Assembly (NCBI GenBank): GCA_963743245.1
Contig: CAVUPP010000020.1
Span: 768,167 to 832,166, forward strand
Source: Vicinamibacteria bacterium
GTDB lineage: Bacteria; Acidobacteriota; Vicinamibacteria; Vicinamibacterales; JAENWD01
Direction of reading: 5' to 3'
Length of the DNA: 64,000 bases
Below the pieces are notes generated by a model. It was not told the DNA's origin and made no database searches. It was given only the letters and a program-made list of their open reading frames with translations. Position numbers and translations under genes: made by a program. This document shows, in pieces, positions 9,866 through 21,300 of this stretch (positions are counted from its first letter, which is position 1; the number at the start of each line of letters is the position of its first letter).

Positions 9866-11938
9866 ATGCCGCCCCTAGCGACTGCTGGTAGTCAGCCCTT
9901 CATGTTCGAAGCCGTCGTCCTGATCGTGGCTGCCGCTGTCATTGCGTACCTCTCGTACCGCGTCGGCCTCGTGCCGATCGTCGGCTTTCTCCTGGCCGGC
10001 GCCGTCATCGGCCCGCACGCGGCGGGTCTCGTCAGGGATCCCGAGCTCGTGAACCAGGCGGCAGAGATCGGCGTCATGCTGCTGCTCTTCACGATCGGGA
10101 TCGAGTTCAGCCTCGACAAGCTCGCAAGCCTCAAGACGCTGATTTTCGGGGGTGGCGGGCTGCAGGTTGCACTGACGAGCCTGGTGACGATGGGTCTTCT
10201 GTTGTTTGGAGGCGTGCCGTGGCGGGCAGGGCTCTTCACCGGATTCCTGGTCGCGCTCTCGTCCACGGCCATCGTGCTGAAGTTACTCGCCGACCGCGGT
10301 GAAAGCGACACGACGTGGGGACAGGTCTCGCTCGGCCTGCTGATCTTTCAGGATCTCGCGGTCGTCGTGATGGTCCTGCTCGTGCCGATGTTGGGCGGCC
10401 TGCTCGGCTCGGCTACCGACATCGCCGTCGCGCTCGCCAAGGCGCTCGGGATCATCGCCGTGGTGTTGACCGTGGCCCGACGTGTGATGCCGCCATTGCT
10501 GGAACGCGTGGCTCGCACCTGTTCGCCAGAGTTGTTCCTTCTAGCCGTCGTCGCCATTTGCTTCGGCACCGCCTGGCTGACGAGTCTGGCGGGTGTGAGT
10601 CTGTCGCTGGGCGCCTTCCTGGCCGGGCTGGTCGTCAGCGAGAGCCGCTTCAGCCAGCACGCCTTCGGCGAGATCATGCCGCTGCAGATCCTCTTCAGTG
10701 CGATGTTCTTCGTCTCGGTCGGGATGCTGCTCGACGTGCCATTCGTGCTGGCTCATCTGCCTCTGGTCCTGCTCGCGGTCGTCGTTGTGCTGCTCGTCAA
10801 GGTGCTGATGACGACGGGAGCTGCGCTGGCGCTCGGATTCCCGCTGGCGGTCGCCGCTGCGAGCGGGTTCGTGCTGGCGCAGATCGGCGAGTTCTCGTTC
10901 GTACTGGCTCGCGCCGGCGAAAGCGCCGGCCTGTATCCTGCCGGGCGTGCGGATGTCGGCGGCCAGACGTTCATCGCCGCGTCGGTGCTGCTGATGGTCA
11001 TCAGCCCTCAGCTCACGACAATGGGATCGTCGGTTTCACGCCGTCTGGACCGGCGGCGCGTGGCACGTGAAGCCGCGCAAGTGATGGAGGCCGACACCGG
11101 TGAGCCGGTTGCGGTCGCTCTGTCGGATCACGTGATCGTGGCCGGCTACGGTGTGGCTGCCCGGCATCTGGTTCGCGTGCTCCGGAGCTCGGGTATTCCC
11201 TTTGTCATTACGACGCTCAGTCCCGGCGGTGCGCGGGAAGCCGAGGAGGAGCAGCTCCCCGTGCTTCGGGGCGATGCCGGACGGCAGCTCACGCTGGCCC
11301 GCGCCGGGATCGAGCGTGCTCGAGTCGTGGTGATCGCGGACGACGATCCGGCGACGACCTATCGCGTGTCGGCGGTGGCGCGCACGCTCGCGCCGGAGGC
11401 GCGTATTCTCACGCGCACGCGGTATATGTCCGAGATTGCGTCGTTGAAAGAAGCTGGATCCGACCACGTGATCTCCGAGGAGCTCGAGAGCATCGTCGGC
11501 CTGTTTTCGGAAGTGCTGCGGACCTACGAGGTGGATGCCGCCGACATCGAAACACACGAAGAAGCGATCCGCGGCGGCGGATATGCGGCGCTGCTCGCGC
11601 CACTCGAGGCGCCCAAAGGAGCGTCGGGTGGACGAACCGGGCACCTTCTCGACACAACGACACCTGTCACGCTGGCGACGACGTCGACGTCCTGTAGCCA
11701 CCTCGATCAGGTGCATCCCGTGACGCCGAGCTCCGCTGGTTGCGAGGAGTGCCTGCGGATTGGCAGCAGCTGGGTGCACCTGCGCATCTGCATGATCTGC
11801 GGACACGTGGGCTGTTGCGACAGCTCACCGCATCGCCACGCCACGGCGCACTTCCACGCCGCCGGCCATCCGATCATGCGATCGGGTGAACCGGCGGAGA
11901 CGTGGGGCTGGTGCTACGTCGATCAGGTCGAGCTGTAG
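9866..11938 (+). CDS. CPA2 (Kef-type) cation:proton antiporter with a TrkA-N domain and a C-terminal UBP-type zinc finger
   Basis: The membrane domain is followed by a Rossmann segment (VIVAGYGVAARHL). The tail reads CEECLRIGSSWVHLRICMICGHVGCCDSSPHRHATAHF, which is zf-UBP-like. Confidence 0.8.
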   Translation: MPPLATAGSQPFMFEAVVLIVAAAVIAYLSYRVGLVPIVGFLLAGAVIGPHAAGLVRDPELVNQAAEIGVMLLLFTIGIEFSLDKLASLKTLIFGGGGLQVALTSLVTMGLLLFGGVPWRAGLFTGFLVALSSTAIVLKLLADRGESDTTWGQVSLGLLIFQDLAVVVMVLLVPMLGGLLGSATDIAVALAKALGIIAVVLTVARRVMPPLLERVARTCSPELFLLAVVAICFGTAWLTSLAGVSLSLGAFLAGLVVSESRFSQHAFGEIMPLQILFSAMFFVSVGMLLDVPFVLAHLPLVLLAVVVVLLVKVLMTTGAALALGFPLAVAAASGFVLAQIGEFSFVLARAGESAGLYPAGRADVGGQTFIAASVLLMVISPQLTTMGSSVSRRLDRRRVAREAAQVMEADTGEPVAVALSDHVIVAGYGVAARHLVRVLRSSGIPFVITTLSPGGAREAEEEQLPVLRGDAGRQLTLARAGIERARVVVIADDDPATTYRVSAVARTLAPEARILTRTRYMSEIASLKEAGSDHVISEELESIVGLFSEVLRTYEVDAADIETHEEAIRGGGYAALLAPLEAPKGASGGRTGHLLDTTTPVTLATTSTSCSHLDQVHPVTPSSAGCEECLRIGSSWVHLRICMICGHVGCCDSSPHRHATAHFHAAGHPIMRSGEPAETWGWCYVDQVEL

Positions 11939-11944
11939 CGAGCG

Positions 11945-12700
11945 CTACAGCTCCCGGATCCAGATATTACGGAATCGGATCGGCATGCCGTGATCCTGAA
12001 GGGCCAACGGCATCTTGTCGGGATGCGCCTTGTAGTAGGGAGGTCCCGTATGTGTCGTGACGCCCATGACTTCGACGTTGTCCTGGATCAGCACGCCGTT
12101 GTGGAGCACGGTGAACCGCGCGCGCCGGATCAGCTTGCCATCGCTGTCGAACGCGGGCGCGTGGTAGACGACGTCATAGGTCTGCCACTCGCCTGGCTTT
12201 CGTGACGCGTTCACGAGCGGTGCGTGCTGCTTGTAGATCGAGCCGGCCGACCCGTGCCAGTACGTTTCGTTCTGGTAGGAGTCCAGCACCTGAAGCTCGT
12301 ACGTGCTCTGCAGGAACACGCCGCTGTTCCCGCGCTCCTGACCCTCGCCCTTCACTTCAGCCGGTGTCGCCCACTCGATATGCAGCTGGACGTCTCCGAA
12401 TCCCCGCTTGGTCCTGATGCCGCCGCTCCCGGCTTTGACCGTCGCCACGCCGCCCGCCACGGTCCAGAGCGCGGGGCTGCCATCCTTCTCGCTCTCCCAC
12501 TGCGACAAATCCTTGCCGTCGAAGAGCACGATGGCGTCGGAGGGCGCCATATCGACCGCGGCACCGGGCGTGACCACGCGTGGCGCCGACTTCGGTGCAG
12601 GGACTTCGTTGACATGCTGATCCGGCGCAGGTGCCTGCGCTCCGGCTCGAACGACGAGAAGTGACGTGGCCGCGAGAACGACGGCGATAGCGCGTGTCAT
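11945..12700 (-). CDS. DUF1080 (3-keto-disaccharide hydrolase-like) secreted protein
   Basis: Has a signal peptide. Contains GDVQLHIEW...[16 protein letters not shown]...[20 protein letters not shown]. An AGGAGA ribosome-binding site lies upstream. Confidence 0.85.
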   Translation of the reverse strand: MTRAIAVVLAATSLLVVRAGAQAPAPDQHVNEVPAPKSAPRVVTPGAAVDMAPSDAIVLFDGKDLSQWESEKDGSPALWTVAGGVATVKAGSGGIRTKRGFGDVQLHIEWATPAEVKGEGQERGNSGVFLQSTYELQVLDSYQNETYWHGSAGSIYKQHAPLVNASRKPGEWQTYDVVYHAPAFDSDGKLIRRARFTVLHNGVLIQDNVEVMGVTTHTGPPYYKAHPDKMPLALQDHGMPIRFRNIWIREL

Positions 12701-12713
12701 GAATAACCTGTCT

Positions 12714-12776
12714 CCTGAACTGAACCCCGGAACCCTGGAACCCCGGAACTCCCGGAACCCCTGAACTCCCGGAACC
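12714..12776. repeat. Tandem array, GGAACCC family (8-9 nt period)
   Basis: Reads CTGAACTGAACCCCGGAACCCTGGAACCCCGGAACTCCCGGAACCCCTGAACTCCCGGAACC. It abuts the MBL gene's stop codon and the DUF1080 ribosome-binding site. Confidence 0.85.
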
Positions 12777-14188
12777 TATTCGTCGTCCTTACACATTGGC
12801 AATCCAGCATTTTGCCACGCGGCCATGCCGCCCGTGATGTTGATGACACCGCGTGCGCCGGCGCGGGCCAGCACACTCGACGCCACCGTCGACCGGTATC
12901 CGCTTCCGCAGACGACCGCGACCATCTGCTGCTCCTGCGCCACGACCGCCGCCGTCGACGCGAGGTCGCCTGGCAGCACGTGTGTCGCCCCGCAGATGTG
13001 CCCCTCGCTCCACTCCTCGGTGGAGCGTACGTCGATGACGCTCGGCGCCGGCGTCTGTGCGAGCCGCGCGTGGGCGTCTCGGGCCGTCATTTGCTGCGTG
13101 GTTGCGAGCTCGTAGCCCGCGTCTACCCACGCGGGAATGCCGCCATCGAGCACGCCGCGCACATCATCCAGGCCGACGCGCACGAGCCCGCGCACGGCTT
13201 CTCGTGCGTGTACGGGCTCGGCCGCCACCAGGACGATTGGCGTGTCGTACGGCACGACCCATCCTGCCCACATGGACAGACTGCCGTTCCAGCCGATGCC
13301 GAAGGATCCAGGCACGTGTCCGCCGCCAAACGAGACCTGATCACGCAGATCGATGACCACCGCGCCCGCCGCGACGAGGTCGTGCACTTCCAGCGGCGAC
13401 AGGAGATCGGCGCCCGGCAGGTGATCGAGCAGCGGCGGTCCCGCGGAGTTGAGAACCTTCATGCGCCGGTAGTACGGCGGAAACGGGGGCAGATCCTGCA
13501 ACAGGCGATCGACGAACGAGTCTTGTGAGAGCGGCCTCCCAAGAAGGGGATTGGCGAGCCGTTCGAATCCCAGCGTGGACATGGGCCGGGCGCTCATGCC
13601 CGCGCCGCACATCGACCCCGCGCCATGACCTGGATGGATCTCGAGCCCGTCCGGCAACGAGTCGAGTCGCCGCACGCTCTCGAACACCCGCCCTGCCAGT
13701 TGCCGCTTCACATCGTCGCCAATCAGGTCCGGGCGGCCGAAGGATCCGACGAACAGGAAGTCGCCCGAGAGCAGGACCTGCGGAACCTCCCGGGATCGCG
13801 CAGTGTCGAATAGCAGGAACGACAGGTGCTCTGGTGTATGACCGGGCGTGTGGAGGGCCTGGATTCGCACGCGACCGATCGTCACGACGGCGCCGTCGGT
13901 CATCGAGACGTGGGGAATCTGCGACGTGTACAGCTCGCCCTGATCGTAGGCCGAGAGATGGAGCTCTGCGCCGGTGCGATACGCCAGCTCGCGCGCGCCC
14001 GACGCGAAATCGGCATGGATGTGCGTCTCGAGAACGTGCGTGATCCGGAGGCGGCGGGCGGCTGCGAACGCGAGGTAAACGTCTACGTCCCGCCGCGGAT
14101 CGACCACGGCCGCAACGCTGGCGCCTTCACACGCGACGATGTAGGAGTACTGCGCCAGCCCTTTGTCGTCGAAGCGCTCGAACAGCAC
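12776..14188 (-). CDS. MBL-fold metallo-hydrolase fused to two rhodanese domains (persulfide dioxygenase-sulfurtransferase-like)
   Basis: Has the ETHIHADF metal motif. The C-terminal half carries two rhodanese-like segments with the active-site context VCGSGYRS. Confidence 0.75.
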   Translation of the reverse strand: MLFERFDDKGLAQYSYIVACEGASVAAVVDPRRDVDVYLAFAAARRLRITHVLETHIHADFASGARELAYRTGAELHLSAYDQGELYTSQIPHVSMTDGAVVTIGRVRIQALHTPGHTPEHLSFLLFDTARSREVPQVLLSGDFLFVGSFGRPDLIGDDVKRQLAGRVFESVRRLDSLPDGLEIHPGHGAGSMCGAGMSARPMSTLGFERLANPLLGRPLSQDSFVDRLLQDLPPFPPYYRRMKVLNSAGPPLLDHLPGADLLSPLEVHDLVAAGAVVIDLRDQVSFGGGHVPGSFGIGWNGSLSMWAGWVVPYDTPIVLVAAEPVHAREAVRGLVRVGLDDVRGVLDGGIPAWVDAGYELATTQQMTARDAHARLAQTPAPSVIDVRSTEEWSEGHICGATHVLPGDLASTAAVVAQEQQMVAVVCGSGYRSTVASSVLARAGARGVINITGGMAAWQNAGLPMCKDDE

Positions 14189-14220
14189 GCGAGGTCTCCA
14201 ACCGAGTCCAGGTCACCGAG

Positions 14221-14718
14221 CTACGCTTCAGCCTTCAAACCCATCGAAGCCCAGTCTTCTCGCGCCGGTCCGTAGATTCCAGGCACCCGGAGTCCGGCCT
14301 GTCGCATCAGGACAGTGAGCTGCCCGCGGTGATGGGCCTGATGGCTGATGAGCGCGCGCAGCGTGGTGCCGTTCTTCCACGGCCGTCCGTACATATCACG
14401 CATTTCTTCGAGTGATGCGTCCGTCCACGTTGACGAGATCGCGTCACGCGCGGCTGCGGCGACGCGATCGTACGCCGCGTGGATCTCGGAAGCCGAGGCC
14501 GGTGACTCGCGCTCCGCCGGTCCGGTTACCGGCAACCCCGCGCGCGCGAGCATGTCGGGAATCGTCCGCACCAGGTGCCATGCCAGCGTGCCGGCCGTGC
14601 GCCCCTCGGGCGAGACGCGCTGTCCGAGCGACTGGTCGGTCAGTCCGGCGATCACCTTGGAGGTCGATTCGCTCTGGTACGCCCACTCTTCGATGAAGTC
14701 GTCGATTCGTCGCACCAT
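14221..14718 (-). CDS. DinB-family protein
   Basis: Contains HLVRT...LISHQAHHRGQLTVLMRQAG. The ATG at 14718 has a GGAGGG ribosome-binding site 5 nt upstream and is preferred over the track start at 14769. Confidence 0.75.
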   Translation of the reverse strand: MVRRIDDFIEEWAYQSESTSKVIAGLTDQSLGQRVSPEGRTAGTLAWHLVRTIPDMLARAGLPVTGPAERESPASASEIHAAYDRVAAAARDAISSTWTDASLEEMRDMYGRPWKNGTTLRALISHQAHHRGQLTVLMRQAGLRVPGIYGPAREDWASMGLKAEA

Positions 14719-14828
14719 ACGCACCCTCCGCGCAGGGCCGCGAGTATATCGCGGGCGTTGAACGGCCACCTATCGTGACGCCGTCCTCCCGCGTACAATC
14801 GAACGACCGCCCGGCCGGCCGCCGCTGC

Positions 14829-17800
14829 ATGCTTTGTCTCATCCGTAGATTCCTGTTCCTCCTCATCGTCATGTCATGTCCGTGCGTCGTGGGCGCGCAG
14901 ACGGCCACGGCCACGCTGTTCATCGACGCGCACGACAGCGCCGGCGCCCCGCTCGGAGGCGTCAGTGTGCGCCTCGCCAATCAGTCATCGGGCACGGCGC
15001 GAGTCGTTCTCACCACGCACGAGGGGACGGCTGTCGTTCCGCTGCTTCCCGCCGGTCTCTACACGGCCACGGCGACACTGACCGGGTTCAAACAGGCGGT
15101 CGTGACTGATTTGCGGCTCGACGCGGCGGGAAAGGGGACGCTCGCGCTCGTGCTGGTGCCGGGTGCCTACACGGAATCCGTGGTGGTGAGTGCGGACGTG
15201 TCGCGCCTGCAGCCGGGCGGTGGCGCGATCGGTGAAGTGTATGACGGCCGCACGCTCGTCATGATGCCGATGGACACGCGCGACTTTCTGCAGTTCACGT
15301 ATCAGTCGCCAGGAGCGGCGCCGCCGGCGCCGGGCTCGCGCCTCTCGAGCGAAGGCAACGCTGGCGTCAATGTATCGGGCGCGCGTGAGGCCGCGAACAA
15401 TTTCCTCCTCGATGGCACCGATAACAACGACCTGTTCCTCAATCGCCTCGTCGCGACGCCGAGTCTCGACGCGATCCAGGAATTCACGCTGGTCCAGAAC
15501 ACGTACGACGCCGAATACGGACGCAACGCAGGCGCCCAGGTCAACGTCGTCCTGAAATCGGGCAGCAGCGACACGCACGGATCGCTCTTCGAGTACTTCC
15601 GTCACGAGGCGCTCGACGCACGCGGCGTCTTCGATCCGCCCGACGTCGACAAGCCGCGCTTTCGGCGGAACCAGTTCGGCGGCACGCTCGGCGGTCCATT
15701 ACCCGGTATCCGCGGCCTCTACTTCTCGAGTGTCGAGGGTCTGACGACGAGCGCGGCCGAAACACGCGTCACGACGGTGCCCTCTGCCGCGGAACGGGCG
15801 GGCGACTTTTCGGGCAGCGGCAAGACGCTCATCGATCCATTCACTGGCCAGCCGTTTCCCGGCAACCGCATCCCCATGGATCGTCTGGATCCAACCGGAA
15901 GCGAAGTCGCAGCGCTCTACCCTGATCCCAATCGCACCGGCGGCCAGAATTTCGCATCGTCTCCGCTGGGATCGCGCGATGGTGTGCGCGTGGCGGTCAA
16001 GACGGACCATCGTCTCTGGCACGACACGCCGCTGTCGCTGCGCTACGCGTACACGTCGGACGATCGGCAGGTTCCGTTCCCGAACGGCGCGCGCAATCTA
16101 CCGGGATTTGGGATTGGCGTCACCGACATCGGGCAGAACGCGGCAGCCGGCCTGTCACAGGTGCTGTCGCCGCACGTGTTGAACGAGCTGCACGTCGGGT
16201 GGAATCGGCTGCATCGCGAAAACGTGCCGGCAGCGAGCGGCACCGACCAGTTCCTGGCCCTGGGCATCACCGGCCCCGCGCTGCCATTGGTCGATCAAGG
16301 CTATCCCGCGTTCTCGGTGGCGGGTTACGAGCCGCTCGGCGACGATCCCAACCTGCCGGTTGTTCGCCGAACGTCCACGTGGCACGTGTCCGACAGCGTG
16401 ACGATCGAGCGCGGCCGTCATCTCTGGAAGCTGGGTGGGGAAGTCCGCCGCTACGCGTCCGACGGCTTCAACCACGTCTACGCGCGCGGACAGATTGGAT
16501 TCACGGGCGCGTTCACGGGCGATGCGCTGGGCGACCTGCTGCTTGGAGTGCCGACTTTCTCGATTCTTGCCGCGAACGACAATCCGCAGGCGCTTCGCGC
16601 GACGTCGTACAACCTGTTCGTGCAGCACGACTGGCGGCCCACACCACGCCTGACCGTCAACGCGGGACTCCGCTACGACCTCAACCTGCCGCCTGTGGAT
16701 GCGTACGATCGTATGCAGGTGTTCGACCTGGCCACCGAGACGCTGCGACCGGTGGGAGAGGATGGTGTGCCGCGATCCGGCGTCGCGACCGATTGGAACA
16801 ACCTCGCGCCGCGCGTCGCCGTCAGCTGGCAGGTGCCAGGCCGCGCCGCACTGACACTCAGGGGCGGCGTCGGCGTCTATTACGACAGCGGCACGTTGAT
16901 TGAAAACTCGGCGCTCTACTTCAATCCGCCCTACTTCGACCTTCGACTGTTCGCGCCGTTCACCGAGCCGCTGCGTCTGTCGAATCCGTTCCCCATCGAT
17001 CAGGGCTCCGTGCCGCCCGCATCCGTGAACACCCTCGAGCCGTCGTTCACGACCGCTTCGACGACCCAGGGGAGCTTCGGTGTCGAAGGTCGGTTGCGCG
17101 GCGTCGATCTGACGGCGCGGTACGTGGGGTCGAGCGGACATCATCTCGTGCGCCGGCGTAACCTGAATCAGCCGCCGCCGGGTCCCGGGCCCATTGATGA
17201 CAGGCGGTCCATTGCGGGCTACGGAGACATCCTGCTCGTCGAGCCCGCGGCCTCCTCGAACTACAACGCCCTGCAGCTGCAGGCCGAGCGGCAGCGGGCG
17301 ACGGGCCTGTCGTTCCGCGCTGCTTACACCTGGGGCAAATCGATCGACGACACCTCAGCGTTCCTGCCGAGCAGCGGCAACGACAATACGCCGCAGGACG
17401 CGCGTCGTCCCGAAGCCGAACGCGGTCTGTCGGACTTCGATGTGCGGCATCGCGTGTCGGTGGCAGCCGTCTGGCCCATTCCTCCCGGGCGCTGGGCCTG
17501 GACCGAGCACTGGCAGGTCAGTGCGATCTTTGCGGCGCAATCGGGACGTCCCTTCACGCCTCGCGTCTCGGTGGACAACAGCAACACGGGGAACAATGGC
17601 GGGTCCTTCGGCTACGACCGGCCGAACGAAGTGGACCCCGCAACGGCGCCGTCCGGAGCGGTGACCTACGAAGGGCGCGCGTTCGTGATGGCGCCGGCGT
17701 ATACCTTCGGCGATGCCGGCCGGAACATCTTGATTGGCCCCGGATTGGCGAGTCTCGACCTCGCTATCGGGCGGACGTTCCATCTGGCCGGCGATCGGCG

Positions 17801-17948
17801 CGTCGAAGTGCGGGCCGAAGTCTACAACGCGCTCAACCGGGCCAACCTGGGACTGCCGGAAAGCTTCATCGACCGGCCCACGTTCGGACAGAGTGTGTCG
17901 GCTGATGCGCCGCGCCAGATTCAGATTGTGGGACGGTTCAACTTCTAG
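14829..17948 (+). CDS. TonB-dependent-receptor-like outer-membrane protein with an N-terminal CarboxypepD_reg domain
   Basis: Has a signal peptide starting at the ATG at 14829, a carboxypeptidase-regulatory-like beta-sandwich, a long beta-barrel region, and a C-terminal ...IQIVGRFNF. Confidence 0.8.
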   Translation: MLCLIRRFLFLLIVMSCPCVVGAQTATATLFIDAHDSAGAPLGGVSVRLANQSSGTARVVLTTHEGTAVVPLLPAGLYTATATLTGFKQAVVTDLRLDAAGKGTLALVLVPGAYTESVVVSADVSRLQPGGGAIGEVYDGRTLVMMPMDTRDFLQFTYQSPGAAPPAPGSRLSSEGNAGVNVSGAREAANNFLLDGTDNNDLFLNRLVATPSLDAIQEFTLVQNTYDAEYGRNAGAQVNVVLKSGSSDTHGSLFEYFRHEALDARGVFDPPDVDKPRFRRNQFGGTLGGPLPGIRGLYFSSVEGLTTSAAETRVTTVPSAAERAGDFSGSGKTLIDPFTGQPFPGNRIPMDRLDPTGSEVAALYPDPNRTGGQNFASSPLGSRDGVRVAVKTDHRLWHDTPLSLRYAYTSDDRQVPFPNGARNLPGFGIGVTDIGQNAAAGLSQVLSPHVLNELHVGWNRLHRENVPAASGTDQFLALGITGPALPLVDQGYPAFSVAGYEPLGDDPNLPVVRRTSTWHVSDSVTIERGRHLWKLGGEVRRYASDGFNHVYARGQIGFTGAFTGDALGDLLLGVPTFSILAANDNPQALRATSYNLFVQHDWRPTPRLTVNAGLRYDLNLPPVDAYDRMQVFDLATETLRPVGEDGVPRSGVATDWNNLAPRVAVSWQVPGRAALTLRGGVGVYYDSGTLIENSALYFNPPYFDLRLFAPFTEPLRLSNPFPIDQGSVPPASVNTLEPSFTTASTTQGSFGVEGRLRGVDLTARYVGSSGHHLVRRRNLNQPPPGPGPIDDRRSIAGYGDILLVEPAASSNYNALQLQAERQRATGLSFRAAYTWGKSIDDTSAFLPSSGNDNTPQDARRPEAERGLSDFDVRHRVSVAAVWPIPPGRWAWTEHWQVSAIFAAQSGRPFTPRVSVDNSNTGNNGGSFGYDRPNEVDPATAPSGAVTYEGRAFVMAPAYTFGDAGRNILIGPGLASLDLAIGRTFHLAGDRRVEVRAEVYNALNRANLGLPESFIDRPTFGQSVSADAPRQIQIVGRFNF

Positions 17949-18003
17949 AGTCGAAGGGTCGAAGAGTCAGCAAGGGTCGAAGAGTCAAGGGTCGCAAGGT
18001 CAG
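17949..18003. repeat. Tandem array, GTCGAAG family (about 8 nt period)
   Basis: AGTCGAAGGGTCGAAGAGTCAGCAAGGGTCGAAGAGTCAAGGGTCGCAAGGTCAG fills the whole convergent spacer from one stop codon to the other. Confidence 0.85.
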
Positions 18004-18353
18004 TCGGCAAATGGCAGGCGGCGATCGCCCTTCCTGCCGCGCGTGAGGCGATGACGCCTGCGCTGTTCCAGGTCGTGGACGACGGCATTCGAGACCGATT
18101 CGGAGAGCTCCCGCAGAACGGCGGCGATCATCCGATCGCGGCGGATGCCGATGTCGAGGGGAGTCGTGAACAGCTCCGCGACGTCCACGCCGAGGGCGGC
18201 CGCAATCTTGGCCAGCGTGTCGGTCGTGCAGTGCCCGCCCCGGATGATGTGGAGGACCGTGCTACGGTTGATGCCGGCGAGCCGCGCCAGCTCCACCTGT
18301 GTGAGTCCGCGCTCCGCGAGCAGTGCCCGAATCGCCTCGCCCCAGACGCCCAT
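18000..18353 (-). CDS. XRE-family helix-turn-helix transcriptional regulator
   Basis: Starts MGVWGEAIRALLAERGLTQVELARLAGINRSTVLHIIRG. The track ORF's upstream extension to 18698 is low-complexity and not credible. Confidence 0.8.
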   Translation of the reverse strand: MGVWGEAIRALLAERGLTQVELARLAGINRSTVLHIIRGGHCTTDTLAKIAAALGVDVAELFTTPLDIGIRRDRMIAAVLRELSESVSNAVVHDLEQRRRHRLTRGRKGDRRLPFAD

Positions 18354-18376
18354 CGCCGGTAACTCTACAACAACGC

Positions 18377-21300
18377 ATGCCATCCTCGAACCGGCAGATC
18401 TTTTACGATCCCGAGCAGCGCCGCTGGCGCTGGGTTCGCCGGCTGGGTCTCGTCGCATTGGGCGCCCTTTCGCTCTCGTTCCTGGTGGCCATGGCCATGG
18501 TGCTGGTGAATCCGGCGCTGCCGGCGATCGGCCTGCCACCCAACGAGCGGCTCCCGCAGCCGCATCACGTCGTGCTGCCACGCCCCGAACGTCCGGCACG
18601 CGCCGCCGAGCGGCGCTATCTCGAGACGCGCCGGGCGCTCGCCGAGGCCAACGCAACAGCCCGGCGATCGGCGAGTCGTCCGGTGCCTGCCCCCGCACAT
18701 CGGACCGAGCTCACCGGCTTTTTCGTCAACTGGGACGACACGAGCTTTACGTCGCTGAAGGAGAACATCAGGAGTCTCGACCGCCTGATGCCCGAGTGGC
18801 TTCACCTGACCGATGCCACGGGCACGATCGATCTCGATCAGCCGGCCCGGCAGCAGGACGTGATGGCCTTTGTCGCGCGCGCGAAGCCAGGCCTCCGCAT
18901 CGTTCCGCTGGTCAACAACTTCGACGCCGCCACGGTTCAGTGGCAATCAGGCGCGCTGGCCACGATGCTGGCCTCGCCCGAGGCCCGCCACCGCGCCATC
19001 GACCAACTGCGGTCGTACGTGCAAGCGCGCCACTTTGCAGGCGTCAATCTGGATTTCGAGAGCGTACCCTCCCGCAGCCGGTCGCACCTGGTCCAGTTCA
19101 CCCGCGAACTGCACGCGGTCTTTCATCCGCTGGGTCTCGAGGTCTCCCAGTCCGTCCCGCTCGACGATCCCGCGTTCGACTATCCCCAGCTCTCACGAGC
19201 GTGCGACTACCTGATTTTGATGGCGTACGACGAGCACACTGGCGACGGCGACGCGGGGTCGATCGCCTCGCAGGCGTGGTTCAGTCAGACGCTCGAGCGG
19301 CGGGTCGAGGAAGTGACACCGGACCGGATCGTCGTGGCGCTCGGCAGCTATGGCTACGACTGGATTGACGGTCGACACGGCACCGAAGTCTCTTTTCAGG
19401 AGGCGGTGCGCACGGCGGCCGAGTCCGAGGGGCACATCGGACTCGACGAAGACTCACTCAATCCGACGTACGACTACTTCGACGATGGGGATCGCCTGCA
19501 TCACGTCTGGTTCCTGAACGGGGTCACGGCGTTCAACGAGGTCCGCGACGCCTCGGATATCGATCTGCGGGGCTATGCGTTGTGGCGGCTGGGGTCGGAG
19601 GACCCGTCGGTCTGGACCGTGTTCGATCATCGCAGCCATCTCGATGAACCGATCGCGCGTCAGCTCTCCACGCTGCGCTACGGCTACGACATCGACTATG
19701 AAGGGCAGGGCGAAGTACTGCGCGTCATCGCCACTCCCCGCGAGGGCCGCCGCGACGTGCAGTACGACTCGACGAGCGGCCTCATCACCGATGAGCGGCT
19801 GCTCGACTATCCCTCGCCGTACGTCATCGAACGGCGCGGGACGGGCACGCCAAAAGCCATGGCGCTCACCTTCGACGACGGGCCCGATCCGCGATGGACG
19901 CCCCAGATCCTCGATGTCCTGCGTACCCAGCAGGCACCCGCCACTTTCTTCGTCATCGGCGTGAATGCGGATCAGGACCCGGCGCTGCTGGAGCGGATGA
20001 TGCGAGAGGGGCACGAGGTGGGCAACCACACCTTCACGCACCCCGACATCTCAACCATCACACGACAGCAGCTGCGGCTCGAGATCAACGCCACCGAGCG
20101 ACTGCTCGAGAGCGTCATCGGACGACGTTCGCTTCTTTTCCGGCCGCCCTATGCCGAAGACATCGAGCCCGAGACGCCCGATCAGGTGAATCCGCTGCTC
20201 TACACGAGCAGCACGGGCTACTACACGATCGGACTTGGTATCGATCCCAACGACTGGACGAATCCCGGCGTCGACCGCATCGTCCAGGACACGATTGACG
20301 GCGCCGACGCCGGTCGCGGACATGTCGTGCTGCTGCACGACGGTGGCGGCGACCGAACGCAGACCGTCGCAGCCCTGCCGGGCATCATCGACGGCCTTCG
20401 GCGACGGGGCTATTCGCTCGTGACCGTGTCATCGCTGGTCGGCCTGTCTCGCGAGGCCGTCATGCCGCCCGTGCCGCCGCAGGAGTGGTGGTCGCTCTGG
20501 CTGACCGATGCCGCGTTTCTCACGCTCGGGTCTGCCAGCGCCGTGCTCCGGACGCTGTTTCTCGTCGGGATCGCTCTCGCGATCGTCCGCCTGGCCGTCA
20601 TTGGCACGCTCGCCGTCTGGCAGCGTGCCCGTGCACACAGACATCGGCCTCCAGGGGCGCCACCGGCGACCGTGGCGGTGATCGTGCCAGCCCACAACGA
20701 GTCCAAGGTGATCGTGCGCACGGTCGAAGCGCTGCTCGCTTCTGACGGACCAGGCGTAGACATTCTCGTCGTGGACGATGGCTCGACCGATGACACCGCG
20801 GACATGGCGGAGGAGGCGTTTCGAACCGTGCCTCGTGTCCGGGTGCTGCGGAAGCCGAATGGCGGGAAAGCGGCCGCGCTCAATTACGGGCTGCGGCTGA
20901 CGGACGCGCCTATCGTCGTCGCCCTGGATGCAGACACCATCTTCGAACCGTCGACCGTGACCCGGCTCGTGCAGGCGTTTCGATCGCCGCGAGTTGGAGC
21001 GGTGGCCGGGAACGCGAAGGTCGGCAACCGCATCAATCTGCTGACCCGGTGGCAGGCGCTCGAATACATCACCAGCCAGAACCTCGAACGGCGCGCGTTC
21101 GATTCGCTGAACGGGATCACGGTCGTGCCGGGCGCGGTCGGCGCATGGCGCCGCGAGCTCGTGGTGGCAGCCGGCGGATTGAATGACGACACGCTCGCAG
21201 AGGACGCCGATCTGACGATGCGGATTCTGCGTGCGGGATACGAGATCGTCTACGAAGACGAAGCGATCGCGTGGACCGAGGCGCCCGACACCGTGCAGGG

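Noticed and set aside
18000-18698. A 232-aa version of the XRE regulator, and a 386-aa version (34416-35576) of the ferritin ORF
   Set aside because: The upstream extensions are Arg/Ala/Pro-rich, overlap the divergent or neighbouring gene, and lack any motif. The internal starts give proteins of canonical length.
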